Assembly (NCBI GenBank): GCA_963837955.1
Contig: CAWIPH010000002.1
Span: 1,888,001 to 1,952,000, forward strand
Length of the DNA: 64,000 nucleotides
Origin: an uncultured Verrucomicrobiae bacterium
Lineage (GTDB): Bacteria; Verrucomicrobiota; Verrucomicrobiia; Chthoniobacterales; JAFAMB01
Reading direction: 5' to 3'
In this document: piece by piece, positions 21,386-30,069 of the stretch
Layout of the letters: every line of letters starts with the position of its first letter
Numbering within the stretch: the first letter of the stretch is position 1
Notes under the pieces: generated by a model
Database searches by the model: none
The model's input: only the letters and a program-made list of their open reading frames with translations
Told to the model about the DNA's origin: nothing
Position numbers and translations under genes: made by a program

Positions 21386-22156
21386 ATGGTCAAGGCCGTC
21401 TCTCCTGAATTGAACGTGCTTCCCCGCAAAAGCGAATGGGAGAATGCGGAAGAGATTCATGACGGTTTGCGGAGAGCGATTTTAAAAAACGAACTTCCCG
21501 CTGGGATGATTTTAAACCAGGTACATCTGGCAAAGCGAATGGGCGTCAGCCGCACACCACTGCGTGAAGCCATGCGCATGCTGCAACGAGAGGGGCTGAT
21601 CGAAGGCGAATCTTACAAGCGCCTGCGAGTTTCTCCGCTGTCTTTACGAGGATTGGAAGACCTTTATGCGATGCGGATCTTGCTAGAAGGATTGGCTATC
21701 CGGCTGAGTGTTCCTCGCTTGTCCGAAAGCGAAGTGAAGGAAATCAAAAGGCACCTTGACGAAATGGAACGGTACGCGGGGACAGAAGACTACCATGGTT
21801 GGGAGCAACCGCATCGTCAGTTTCATCTTGGGTTGGTGCAACATGTTGGCGAGCGGCAATTGAGAGAGATCGTGGAACTGTCCGAGCACGCGGAACGCTA
21901 CCGTCACGCCTACACCACGGAAACGCCGCGAGCCTGGTCGAAGGGCATAAAGGAACATCGCGACATCCTAGATGCGTGCGCCAGGCGAGATCCTGCGCTC
22001 GCAGCGGAGCGGTTGGCCCGCCATTATTCGTCGGTAGTCTTGGGTCTGCTTGGAGTGCTCGCCCCTGATCACGACCCAACGGCAGTCCGGACGGCCATGA
22101 AGATGGTTTCATTTCCAACCGGGGGCGACGCGCATTCTGATGACCGGAGGCGCTGA
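21386..22156 (+). CDS. GntR family regulator with FCD domain (FadR/VanR-like)
   Basis: GVSRTPLREAMRMLQREGLI HTH; R..LE, FH and EH metal-type FCD motifs. Confidence 0.94.
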   Translation: MVKAVSPELNVLPRKSEWENAEEIHDGLRRAILKNELPAGMILNQVHLAKRMGVSRTPLREAMRMLQREGLIEGESYKRLRVSPLSLRGLEDLYAMRILLEGLAIRLSVPRLSESEVKEIKRHLDEMERYAGTEDYHGWEQPHRQFHLGLVQHVGERQLREIVELSEHAERYRHAYTTETPRAWSKGIKEHRDILDACARRDPALAAERLARHYSSVVLGLLGVLAPDHDPTAVRTAMKMVSFPTGGDAHSDDRRR

Positions 22157-22910
22157 GAGATTTTCGGGATTATCTCTAATCGGCAGACGTGCGCTTGTCA
22201 CGGGTGCTAGTCGGGGAATCGGCAAAGCGATTGCTCTCGCCCTGGCGGAGGCGGGCGCAGAGGTGTTGCTGCTCGGCCGATCAGAATCGGATCTCGCCGA
22301 GGTCTCAGACACGATCCGTGGATTTGGTGATGGAGCAGAAGCACTGATTTGTGACCTCCTGAATCCATCTAGCCTAGCTTCTACTGCACAAAGACTGGGC
22401 CGCATTGATATTCTGATCAACAATGCCGGGATAAATATCCCTGAGCCGTTTGTGTCTGTCACAGAGTCCCACTACGACCAAATCTTTCAATTGAATGTGC
22501 GAGCCTTGTTCTTTCTAACGCAATCCATCGTCGATCGGATGATGGCGGAAAATGTAAAAGGCGTGATTGTTAACATCACTTCCCAGATGGGGCACGTGGG
22601 TGCAGCCGACCGGACGGTGTATTGCGCGGCGAAGCATGCAGTCGAGGGGTTCACGAAAGCCTTGGCAATCGAGGTCGCCCCGTACGGCATTCGGGTAAAC
22701 GCGGTTGCTCCCACGTTCGTCGAAACGGAATTCACCAGGCCGATGTTCGCCGACGAAAGCTTTCGGGAATCTGTCCTCTCAAAGATTCCGACTGGTCGCT
22801 TCGGACGGCCGGAAGATATCGCGCCGATCGTCGTATTTCTTTGCACCGATGCGGCGGCTCTAATTACGGGTTCCAGCGTGAAAGTTGACGGCGGCTGGAC
22901 GGCCCAGTAG
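22140..22910 (+). CDS. SDR oxidoreductase (HpsO-like)
   Basis: TGASRGIG, NNAG, SQMGHVG..DRTVYCAAKHAVEG, PTF, VDGGWTA. Confidence 0.9.
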   Translation: MTGGAERFSGLSLIGRRALVTGASRGIGKAIALALAEAGAEVLLLGRSESDLAEVSDTIRGFGDGAEALICDLLNPSSLASTAQRLGRIDILINNAGINIPEPFVSVTESHYDQIFQLNVRALFFLTQSIVDRMMAENVKGVIVNITSQMGHVGAADRTVYCAAKHAVEGFTKALAIEVAPYGIRVNAVAPTFVETEFTRPMFADESFRESVLSKIPTGRFGRPEDIAPIVVFLCTDAAALITGSSVKVDGGWTAQ

Positions 22911-22965
22911 CGGCTACCGCGAGCATTTGAACTTGAACGAAAGACGACAATCAGCAGAACAGCTA

Positions 22966-22994
22966 TTGCTAACTGCAAATAAGTGTATACACTT
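22966..22994 (+). promoter_or_regulatory. Promoter plus GntR-type operator 6
   Basis: TTGCTA-16nt-TACACT; perfect AAGTGTATACACTT at 22981-22994. Confidence 0.85.
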
Positions 22995-23032
22995 GTCCCT
23001 CCTAGTTTTTCCGTAATCTCTCTTTAAGAAGG

Positions 23033-24073
23033 ATGAATGCTCTTTTGTTTACTGGGCCCAGCAGGATCGAAGTTCAGAACCGGCCTGTCCCATCTCTGCG
23101 CGCAGGTCATTGCTTGATCCGGGTAGCTTATCTTGGCATCTGCGGGGCCGATGCGGCCTTCTATAAAGGCAGCAGTTTTTATCTAAGGCAGGGACTTAAG
23201 TCCTATCCGTTTATCTTCGGCCATGAATGGTCTGGAACCATCGTCGACATTGCCGAAGACGTCATCGGATTTAAACGAGGCGACCGCGTTGTAGGTCACA
23301 ATTTTGCTACTTGCGGCGTATGCGCGATGTGTCGAGCGGGTCGAGCCACACTGTGCTCCGGTCATGAAGAGATTGGTATTTCCGGCTCGCTTTACGACGG
23401 AGCTGCTGCTGAGTATTACCTTGCTCCGGCGCGTACGCTCATACAGATCCCGGCTAGTTTAGACTTTCTGGACGCCGCGCTGATAGAACCCGTGACCACT
23501 GTGGTTCACGCAATCAACCGGGTCAGAATTAACGAGAACGACATTGTGGCAGTTATAGGGACGGGCAATCTTGGCCTATCCGCTGTCCAGGTCATTAAAG
23601 CGATGGATGCCACTGTTCACTCAGTCGGCATAGAAGAGCCCGGGCTAGAGTCTGCGCGCCATCTTGGAGCCGACGAGGTCATGCGGCCGGAGCAAGCCGC
23701 ACGCGACTCTTACTCCGTCGTTCTTGAGTTCTCAGGCTCGGAGCAGGCAGCTAAGCTTGCTCCGGAGGTGGTTGCACCGGGGGGAAGAATTGGTTATGTG
23801 GGAATCGTTCCGGTTGCAGTTAAGGATTACCCGGTTTCGTCGTTGGTGATCAAAGACGTCGAAGCGCACGGAATTCTATCGGGGCTAAACTACTGGGATC
23901 GAACTTTGGGTTTGGCGGCTAAGCGATGGTTAAATCCGCGACAACTCGTTGACAGAGTTTTTCCGTATACCGAGGCGCCGGCAGCATTCGAGCGCCTGAT
24001 TAGTCCAAACCGCGCGAGACCAAAGTTAGCAATTTCATTCGAGGACGGGTCGGCATCGCTAAGTAACAATTAA
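23033..24073 (+). CDS. Zinc-dependent medium-chain (polyol/threonine-type) dehydrogenase
   Basis: GICGAD, GHEWSG, CGVCAMC..C structural Zn site, IEP, GTGNLG. Confidence 0.93.
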   Translation: MNALLFTGPSRIEVQNRPVPSLRAGHCLIRVAYLGICGADAAFYKGSSFYLRQGLKSYPFIFGHEWSGTIVDIAEDVIGFKRGDRVVGHNFATCGVCAMCRAGRATLCSGHEEIGISGSLYDGAAAEYYLAPARTLIQIPASLDFLDAALIEPVTTVVHAINRVRINENDIVAVIGTGNLGLSAVQVIKAMDATVHSVGIEEPGLESARHLGADEVMRPEQAARDSYSVVLEFSGSEQAAKLAPEVVAPGGRIGYVGIVPVAVKDYPVSSLVIKDVEAHGILSGLNYWDRTLGLAAKRWLNPRQLVDRVFPYTEAPAAFERLISPNRARPKLAISFEDGSASLSNN

Positions 24074-24085
24074 TCTGGAGGCTTT

Positions 24086-24856
24086 ATGGATTACCAACTC
24101 CAAGGTCGAACCGCTTTTATTACCGGTGGAGCGAAGGGCATTGGAAAAGCAACAGCCGATCTGCTCTCTGCCGAAGGGGTAAGAGTCGCGATTGCCGATA
24201 TAGACCCACCGTCCTGCCAGCAGCCCACGATGATCTTCATCCGCGCCGACCTGGCCACAGCGGAGGGAGTCGATGAGGCTATCCGGCAGGTCGTCGACGC
24301 ATTCGATGGTCCCCCTGATTTCCTAATCAACAATGTAGGAGCTGCTTCTCCGCTACCTTTCGACTCACTGAGCGACGATGCCTGGCGGAGATGTTTTGAA
24401 CTTAACCTCATGAGTCATGTTCGGGTCACACGACTGTTGATCGGACGGATGGCGGAACGAACAGGAGGGGGTGTAGTCAATATCTCCTCGGACTTAGCCA
24501 AGCAGCCCGAGCCGATGCCGATAGACTATGGCTGCATGAAAGCGGCTCTGCTTTATCTGACTAAAGCGTTGGCGATCCAATATTCCCCGGCTGTCAGAGT
24601 CAACGCGATTTGCCCTGGTCCAGTATGGACAGACCTTTGGACCAAACCTGGTGGGGTCGTTTCGAATCTTCAGAAGACCTATGACCTTCCTGCAGACGAA
24701 GCGCTCGAAAGATACCTGAAGGAACGGCAACTGAAGCTTGGTCTGGGGAAGCCGCAGGATATCGCCTCGATCATCGCGTTTTTACTCTCACCACAGGGCG
24801 GGTGGATTACAGGAGCGAGCCTTGACGCCGGTGGAACGATCCGCGGCCTTTTGTGA
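24086..24856 (+). CDS. SDR oxidoreductase
   Basis: TGGAKGIG, NNVG, YGCMK, VNAICPG. Confidence 0.92.
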   Translation: MDYQLQGRTAFITGGAKGIGKATADLLSAEGVRVAIADIDPPSCQQPTMIFIRADLATAEGVDEAIRQVVDAFDGPPDFLINNVGAASPLPFDSLSDDAWRRCFELNLMSHVRVTRLLIGRMAERTGGGVVNISSDLAKQPEPMPIDYGCMKAALLYLTKALAIQYSPAVRVNAICPGPVWTDLWTKPGGVVSNLQKTYDLPADEALERYLKERQLKLGLGKPQDIASIIAFLLSPQGGWITGASLDAGGTIRGLL

Positions 24857-24880
24857 GTTGTCATCAAAAGAAAGAAAGAA

Positions 24881-25291
24881 ATGAAGCACAGCACGGTCAT
24901 CCTGTCGGATAGCAAGAACCCTTCGACGGTATTTGGAGTACACGGTGGAACTGGAACGTTGCTTTGGAAACGTTTAGCAACCGGATCCCACTTACACGGA
25001 GACTGGGACGGTTTTGAATGGGTCGCGCTTGGACCCGACGATCGGGTGGGAAAGCACACCCACACGCACACGGAAGAAATATTCTATTTTCTTAGTGGCA
25101 CCGGTCTAGTCACCATGGACGGAGTTGAGCGCAGAGTGGGTCCAGGCGACTTGGTGGTTACACCTCTGAATTCCTGGCAAAGCGTGATCAATGATGGCTC
25201 TGAGAACTTGGAATATATCGTGATTGAGGTATTCCCACCGGCCATTTCGGAGAAACTGCCGCCGCGTCGGCCAACTGATGAAAAGGAGTAA
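24881..25291 (+). CDS. Cupin-domain protein
   Basis: HTHTHTEEIFYFLSGTG..VGPGD cupin motifs 1 and 2. Confidence 0.85.
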   Translation: MKHSTVILSDSKNPSTVFGVHGGTGTLLWKRLATGSHLHGDWDGFEWVALGPDDRVGKHTHTHTEEIFYFLSGTGLVTMDGVERRVGPGDLVVTPLNSWQSVINDGSENLEYIVIEVFPPAISEKLPPRRPTDEKE

Positions 25292-25294
25292 AAT

Positions 25295-25600
25295 ATGCCT
25301 GGGAAATTTCTACACCTTAATTCTGGCGAGAAGCACGATTTAGCGCCGTTCTTCGATGGGCCGTGGAGCACGATCGAGCGCAAGGTCGTGTTACCTGGTC
25401 AGTCCGAAATTCTGACGCAGGCCAATAAAGAAATTGCGGCCTACGTGATTGAGGGGAAGGGCCGGCTGGAGGTAAGCGGGAGACAATTTGAGCTAGAGCC
25501 CGGCTCTGCTGCGATGTTGTTGAAAGATAGTACAATTAGTTTTTACGCTCAGGAAAACATGGAGCTGCTGTTAGTCAGCGTGTTAACGTCGGGGAAGTGA
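25295..25600 (+). CDS. Small cupin-fold protein lacking metal histidines
   Basis: EIAAYVIEGKGRLEV..LEPGS; RBS AAGGAG. Confidence 0.7.
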   Translation: MPGKFLHLNSGEKHDLAPFFDGPWSTIERKVVLPGQSEILTQANKEIAAYVIEGKGRLEVSGRQFELEPGSAAMLLKDSTISFYAQENMELLLVSVLTSGK

Positions 25601-25640
25601 CAGTTTCTGTCGAGCTCGGCAGGCGGCCATAGAGGAACAT

Positions 25641-27191
25641 ATGGAGGATTCTTGGTGGAGGCGGGCGGTTGTCTATCAGATCTATCCCCGGAGTTTCGCG
25701 GACAGCAACGACGATGGAGTTGGCGACCTTCGTGGCATCACCCGACATCTAGAGTACTTGGAATGGCTTGGGGCTAACGCGATCTGGTTGTGCCCGATCT
25801 ACACATCTCCGATGATTGATTTCGGCTATGACATCACTGATCACAAGGGCGTTGATCCTTTGTTCGGAACGCTCTCCGATTTTGATGAACTGGTGAAAGA
25901 ATGTCACGCTCGCGAAATTCGGCTGATCCTGGACCTTGTTCCTAACCACACGTCTATCGAACACCCGTGGTTCAAGGAATCATTGAGTTCGCGGCGCTCT
26001 CGCCGCAGAGATTGGTACATTTGGAAGGATCCAAAACCGGACAGTTCTGCACCGAATAATTGGAGAAGCGTGACCGGAGGCTCGGCCTGGAGTCTTGACA
26101 GTGTGACGGGCCAATATTTTCTGCACAGTTTCTTGCCGTGCCAGCCTGATCTGAATTGGCGCAATCCGGAAGTGCGGGAGGCTTTCTTCGATGTGATGCG
26201 CTTTTGGCTGGAACGAGAGGTCGACGGCTTTCGAATCGACATGCTGGATTTTCTCGCCAAGGACCCCGACTTCTCTGATGAACCAAACCCGAACTATACA
26301 TTTGCAACCTCCGAAAGGCACTCAAATCATCCGGATGTATTTGACATAGCTAAGCAGATTCAATCGGTGGTGGACTCCTACCCAAATAAGGTAACGATCG
26401 GAGAGGTAAACCCTTTCCTGGATGTGGCACATGTCGTGCGGTATTATGGATCAGGCGACTCGATAAATCTGCCTTTCAATTTTGGCCTGCTCCGGATTCC
26501 CTGGACCCCCGGAAGTTTGCGCGACTTCGTGCGAAGGTATGAATCGAGTCTTCCAAAGCATGCGTGGCCAAATTACACGCTTGGGAATCACGACACACAG
26601 CGGTTAGCTTCGAGAATACCGCGGAGCGACTTACCTTTGGTCGCTGTCCTACTCCTCACGCTGCGAGGGACGCCGTTCTTGTATTATGGAGATGAGCTCG
26701 GAATGGAGAACGTGCAGATCCCCCCTGAAGCCATTCGAGACCCGTGGGAAAAGGTGGACCCCGGTCGCGGCCGGGATGGTGCCAGAACGCCGATGCCATG
26801 GGATGAATCGAACTTTGCTGGTTTTTCCCAGCAGCAGCCGTGGCTGCCAATGGCGGGGCATAAAGAAACGAACGTAACGAGCCTTCGATGCGATGAAACC
26901 TCGCTTCTACATGTTTACCGGGAGCTCATCCGGATTCGAAAAAGTAGACCTGCACTAGCCATGGGTACTCTAGAAATTCCGGAGTCCGACCAGCCCGAGT
27001 TGCTTGCCTTTCGGAGATGTCTGGGAACTGAACAGTTGGTTGTCGCGCTTAATTTTTCGGTTGAACGATGTGATCTTCGAACCACCTGGGATGGAGTAGA
27101 GGGCAAACTGATTTTCTCCACGCACGGGAGCCGTGAGCTCAATAGGTCCGTCGGTTTTTTGGAACCTAAGGAGGCCGTGATCATTCGCTGA
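25641..27191 (+). CDS. GH13 alpha-glucosidase/oligo-1,6-glucosidase
   Basis: YQIYPRSF, DLVPNHTS, DGFRID nucleophile, IGEV acid/base, GNHD, RDGARTPM. Confidence 0.94.
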   Translation: MEDSWWRRAVVYQIYPRSFADSNDDGVGDLRGITRHLEYLEWLGANAIWLCPIYTSPMIDFGYDITDHKGVDPLFGTLSDFDELVKECHAREIRLILDLVPNHTSIEHPWFKESLSSRRSRRRDWYIWKDPKPDSSAPNNWRSVTGGSAWSLDSVTGQYFLHSFLPCQPDLNWRNPEVREAFFDVMRFWLEREVDGFRIDMLDFLAKDPDFSDEPNPNYTFATSERHSNHPDVFDIAKQIQSVVDSYPNKVTIGEVNPFLDVAHVVRYYGSGDSINLPFNFGLLRIPWTPGSLRDFVRRYESSLPKHAWPNYTLGNHDTQRLASRIPRSDLPLVAVLLLTLRGTPFLYYGDELGMENVQIPPEAIRDPWEKVDPGRGRDGARTPMPWDESNFAGFSQQQPWLPMAGHKETNVTSLRCDETSLLHVYRELIRIRKSRPALAMGTLEIPESDQPELLAFRRCLGTEQLVVALNFSVERCDLRTTWDGVEGKLIFSTHGSRELNRSVGFLEPKEAVIIR

Positions 27192-27226
27192 ATAGCGACA
27201 CACTCGACGTAAATCCACGCTTCAGA

Positions 27227-27814
27227 ATGCCAGATATGGTGGAGCTGTGGTGCTTATTCGACGCAGTTGAGAGGAGTGAGCCGGTACCCATCTCAGCCGA
27301 ACAAATCTGCGATAATCCTAAGCTTATTACCGCATGCTACGACTCGGCAGCGCGAGAGATGCCGGATCAAGCTTTGGGCTACGAAAGCCGACCAGATTCA
27401 GCGGTAGCTGCCATGCAAGTAACTTCCAGAACTACAGTTGAACCAATAATCGTGCACCAAACGGTGCGTGTTTACCCGCTTCTGAGGCGATGGTCGCTCG
27501 CTGAGGAAACTAAAGGGACCTACCTTGAATTCATAGACGATTTTGAAATCGATTCCGGCAGTAAGGCCGAACCTCACTTCCACGATACGCACGAATGGTA
27601 TTTCATTTTGGAAGGGAAAGGCGTGGTTCAGATCGAAAGCGAAGCACGGACGGTCAAAGCCGGCGATCTAGTCTACATTCCTAGGAACCAGCGACACACC
27701 ATCTATCCAACGGGCAAGAGCAAGATTCGTGCGCTTTGCTTTGCTGTAAGCTATCAGCCGGTGGATGGACCAGCGTATATCCCAGTCCAATTGGATGAAA
27801 TCGCTCCTTCGTGA
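27227..27814 (+). CDS. Cupin-domain protein with N-terminal extension
   Basis: PHFHDTHEWYFILEGKG..AGDLVYIP..H; start uncertain. Confidence 0.8.
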   Translation: MPDMVELWCLFDAVERSEPVPISAEQICDNPKLITACYDSAAREMPDQALGYESRPDSAVAAMQVTSRTTVEPIIVHQTVRVYPLLRRWSLAEETKGTYLEFIDDFEIDSGSKAEPHFHDTHEWYFILEGKGVVQIESEARTVKAGDLVYIPRNQRHTIYPTGKSKIRALCFAVSYQPVDGPAYIPVQLDEIAPS

Positions 27815-27869
27815 TGTGTTCGGCCCCGAACGAGCACTGTTTACCGGAGCTATAACCGGATGAAACCTT

Positions 27870-28268
27870 ATGATCGATGTGAATGACCAAGCAACAGCAG
27901 CCGTGGCAAAGCTTGTGACTAAACTCGAAGACGCGCGATTCGTCGCGATGTTGGGGCGCGATCTGTCGACCTTGCAAGGATTGTTGGCTGACGACTTGAT
28001 CTACATCCACTCGACGGGGGTTGTGCAAAACAAAGAAGGATACTTGAAAGCACTTCGGGGTGGCGATCTCATCTACGAAGAGGTCACAACAGAAGACCGA
28101 GAGGTTAGCCTGCTCTCTCCGACGGCCGCTTTAATCCACGGATCGATCCTGATGAAGCTCAGGGTGAAGGGCGAAGGGAAGACCGTGCACAGCATTTTCA
28201 TCAACTCGTGGCGACTGGTTGATCGCGATTGGCAAATGGTTTCGTGGCAATCGACCTCGATACCGTAG
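27870..28268 (+). CDS. NTF2/SnoaL-like (DUF4440-type) protein
   Basis: LLADDLIYIHSTG..K..YL and W..V.WQST pattern. Confidence 0.8.
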   Translation: MIDVNDQATAAVAKLVTKLEDARFVAMLGRDLSTLQGLLADDLIYIHSTGVVQNKEGYLKALRGGDLIYEEVTTEDREVSLLSPTAALIHGSILMKLRVKGEGKTVHSIFINSWRLVDRDWQMVSWQSTSIP

Positions 28269-28319
28269 CGCTGGGAGCTCCGGTCTGCGGCTAACTTCAT
28301 GTGTCCTCCTCGGCCCGAG

Positions 28320-28626
28320 TGATGTCGGCCTGACGATAGCTGATTCAGCCGCTAGGCTAATCACTCGAGAACCGGTCGGCTCGGAAAACGTCGTTCTGGG
28401 CGCAAGCACATTCGAGCCGGGTGGTGTGCACGAACATCACTGCCACCCAATCCAAGCCGATCCCGAGTTCGCTCGTAAGGCTGAGAAAGGTATCCCGCTT
28501 GGCAGGTTGCAGACTGCTGAACAGATCGCCAAAGCGAGCGCTTTTCTTTGTTCAGAAGCAGCCGAAGCGATCACGGGCGTCACCCTTTTGGTCGATGGCG
28601 GAGCTTCATTGTTCAAATACGACTAG
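28320..28626 (+). pseudogene. Chimeric remnant: cupin N-terminal fragment fused to an SDR C-terminal fragment
   Basis: LGASTFEPGGVHEHHCHP (cupin motif 1) runs directly into IPLGRLQTAEQIA..FLCS..ITGVTLLVDGG (SDR terminus); no clear start codon. Confidence 0.7.
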
Positions 28627-28731
28627 AACCTTTCCTGAGGCGGGAGCATCAGGCTACGTCTTACAAAAACGTGTTCACTTGTCCCGAGCGCGTCGGTTCG
28701 TTCGTTGAGACGTCGGAAAACAATACAAACT

Positions 28732-29205
28732 ATGCAAAAAATCACACCATTCCTGTGGTTCGATAACCAAGCCGAAGAGGCCGCAAAGTTTTATACTTCC
28801 ATCTTCAAAAACTCGAAGATTAGCAGCATCTCTCATTATGGAGAAGCAGGACCCGGACCTAAAGGATCGGTCATGGTAATCACTTTCGAGCTCGCCGGAG
28901 AGGAATTCATGGCGCTAAACGGCGGCCCACTGTTCAAGTTCACTGAAGCCGTATCTCTATCCGTGAATTGCGAAACTCAGGAAGAAGTAGATGAGCTTTG
29001 GGAAAAGCTATCCGAGGGCGGAGAAAAGGGGAGATGTGGATGGCTCAAAGACAAGTATGGACTCTCATGGCAGATAAACCCAACCGTTTTAGGCAAGATG
29101 TTAAGCGATAAAGACGCTGAAAAATCAAACCGAGTCATGCGGGCCATGCTTCAGATGGACAAAATCGATATAGGCAAATTAGAGCAGGCCTACGAGCAAC
29201 GATAG
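28732..29205 (+). CDS. PhnB-like VOC protein (3-demethylubiquinone-9 3-methyltransferase family)
   Basis: [30 protein letters not shown]. Confidence 0.93.
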   Translation: MQKITPFLWFDNQAEEAAKFYTSIFKNSKISSISHYGEAGPGPKGSVMVITFELAGEEFMALNGGPLFKFTEAVSLSVNCETQEEVDELWEKLSEGGEKGRCGWLKDKYGLSWQINPTVLGKMLSDKDAEKSNRVMRAMLQMDKIDIGKLEQAYEQR

Positions 29206-29589
29206 GCCGACTCGACTCGCACTTATTTGGATCGCGCGGCGAGTAGTGGGTAAGGGCCAAGTCTAAATTGCCCGCACCGGCAACAACTTTGTGCTGGTTA
29301 TAGATGCGACTCTGGTTGTGCCTACCATCACGAGTCGGATTGATATGCGGATCGGTTTTTTCCGACAGCGTCCTCTCTATCGAACGTTTAGCTGGTCCAC
29401 CCACTTTATTCTGTTTGTGCCGAGTTAGCGTTCGCCGGATGCTCGAACCGCGTGGTCTCCCGATATGTAGCTGGCCGCCTGAACTATGCAAAGGCGCGTG
29501 AGTACTTTGAGCTCCTTGGTCCATCAAACTTTGAGTTGATTAAACACTCTAGGATCCGCTAAGGAAATAATCGCGAGACATTAATATCT

Positions 29590-30069
29590 ATGTATCGCAA
29601 ACTCTGTTTTGGATTAGTAGCGCTCCTCGCCTGCTTCCTGGCAGGTTGTTCGACTGTCGATAGCCGCATCAAGTCCAATCCGCAACTTTATGCTTCACTC
29701 TCACCAGCGGACCAGGCGCTGGTTCGGCAGGGACAGATCAGGGCAGGTATGTCGAAAGCCGCTGTATTTCTCGCCTGGGGCAATCCCGATCACATTCGAT
29801 CAGGGTTCCGTAACGGACATCCGTTCGAGGCATGGATTTACACAACCACACGCACTAAGGTTGTACCGGATTATTATTACTACCCCGGTGTTTATCGATT
29901 TGGATATTTTCGCGGCGGGGTTTGGCGGCATAATCACCATTTCTATTCTTTTGGTCTTTATTCGTATCCCTTCGATCCGTACCCGGACATAGTCTCTTAT
30001 GAGGTGCCATACAAAATTGCGTATTTCGAAGGAGATCGTTGCACTGGATGGGAGTACCTGAGAGATTGA
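29590..30069 (+). CDS. Hypothetical lipoprotein
   Basis: Lipobox LAGC; GMSKAAV.LAWG.P and EAWIY (SmpA/BamE-like pattern). Confidence 0.75.
   Translation: MYRKLCFGLVALLACFLAGCSTVDSRIKSNPQLYASLSPADQALVRQGQIRAGMSKAAVFLAWGNPDHIRSGFRNGHPFEAWIYTTTRTKVVPDYYYYPGVYRFGYFRGGVWRHNHHFYSFGLYSYPFDPYPDIVSYEVPYKIAYFEGDRCTGWEYLRD

Noticed and set aside
25641..27191. Sulfoquinovosidase / sulfoglycolysis interpretation of the island
   Set aside because: The glycosidase is GH13, whereas classical sulfoquinovosidases are GH31; no sulfoglycolytic kinase, aldolase or transaldolase recognised
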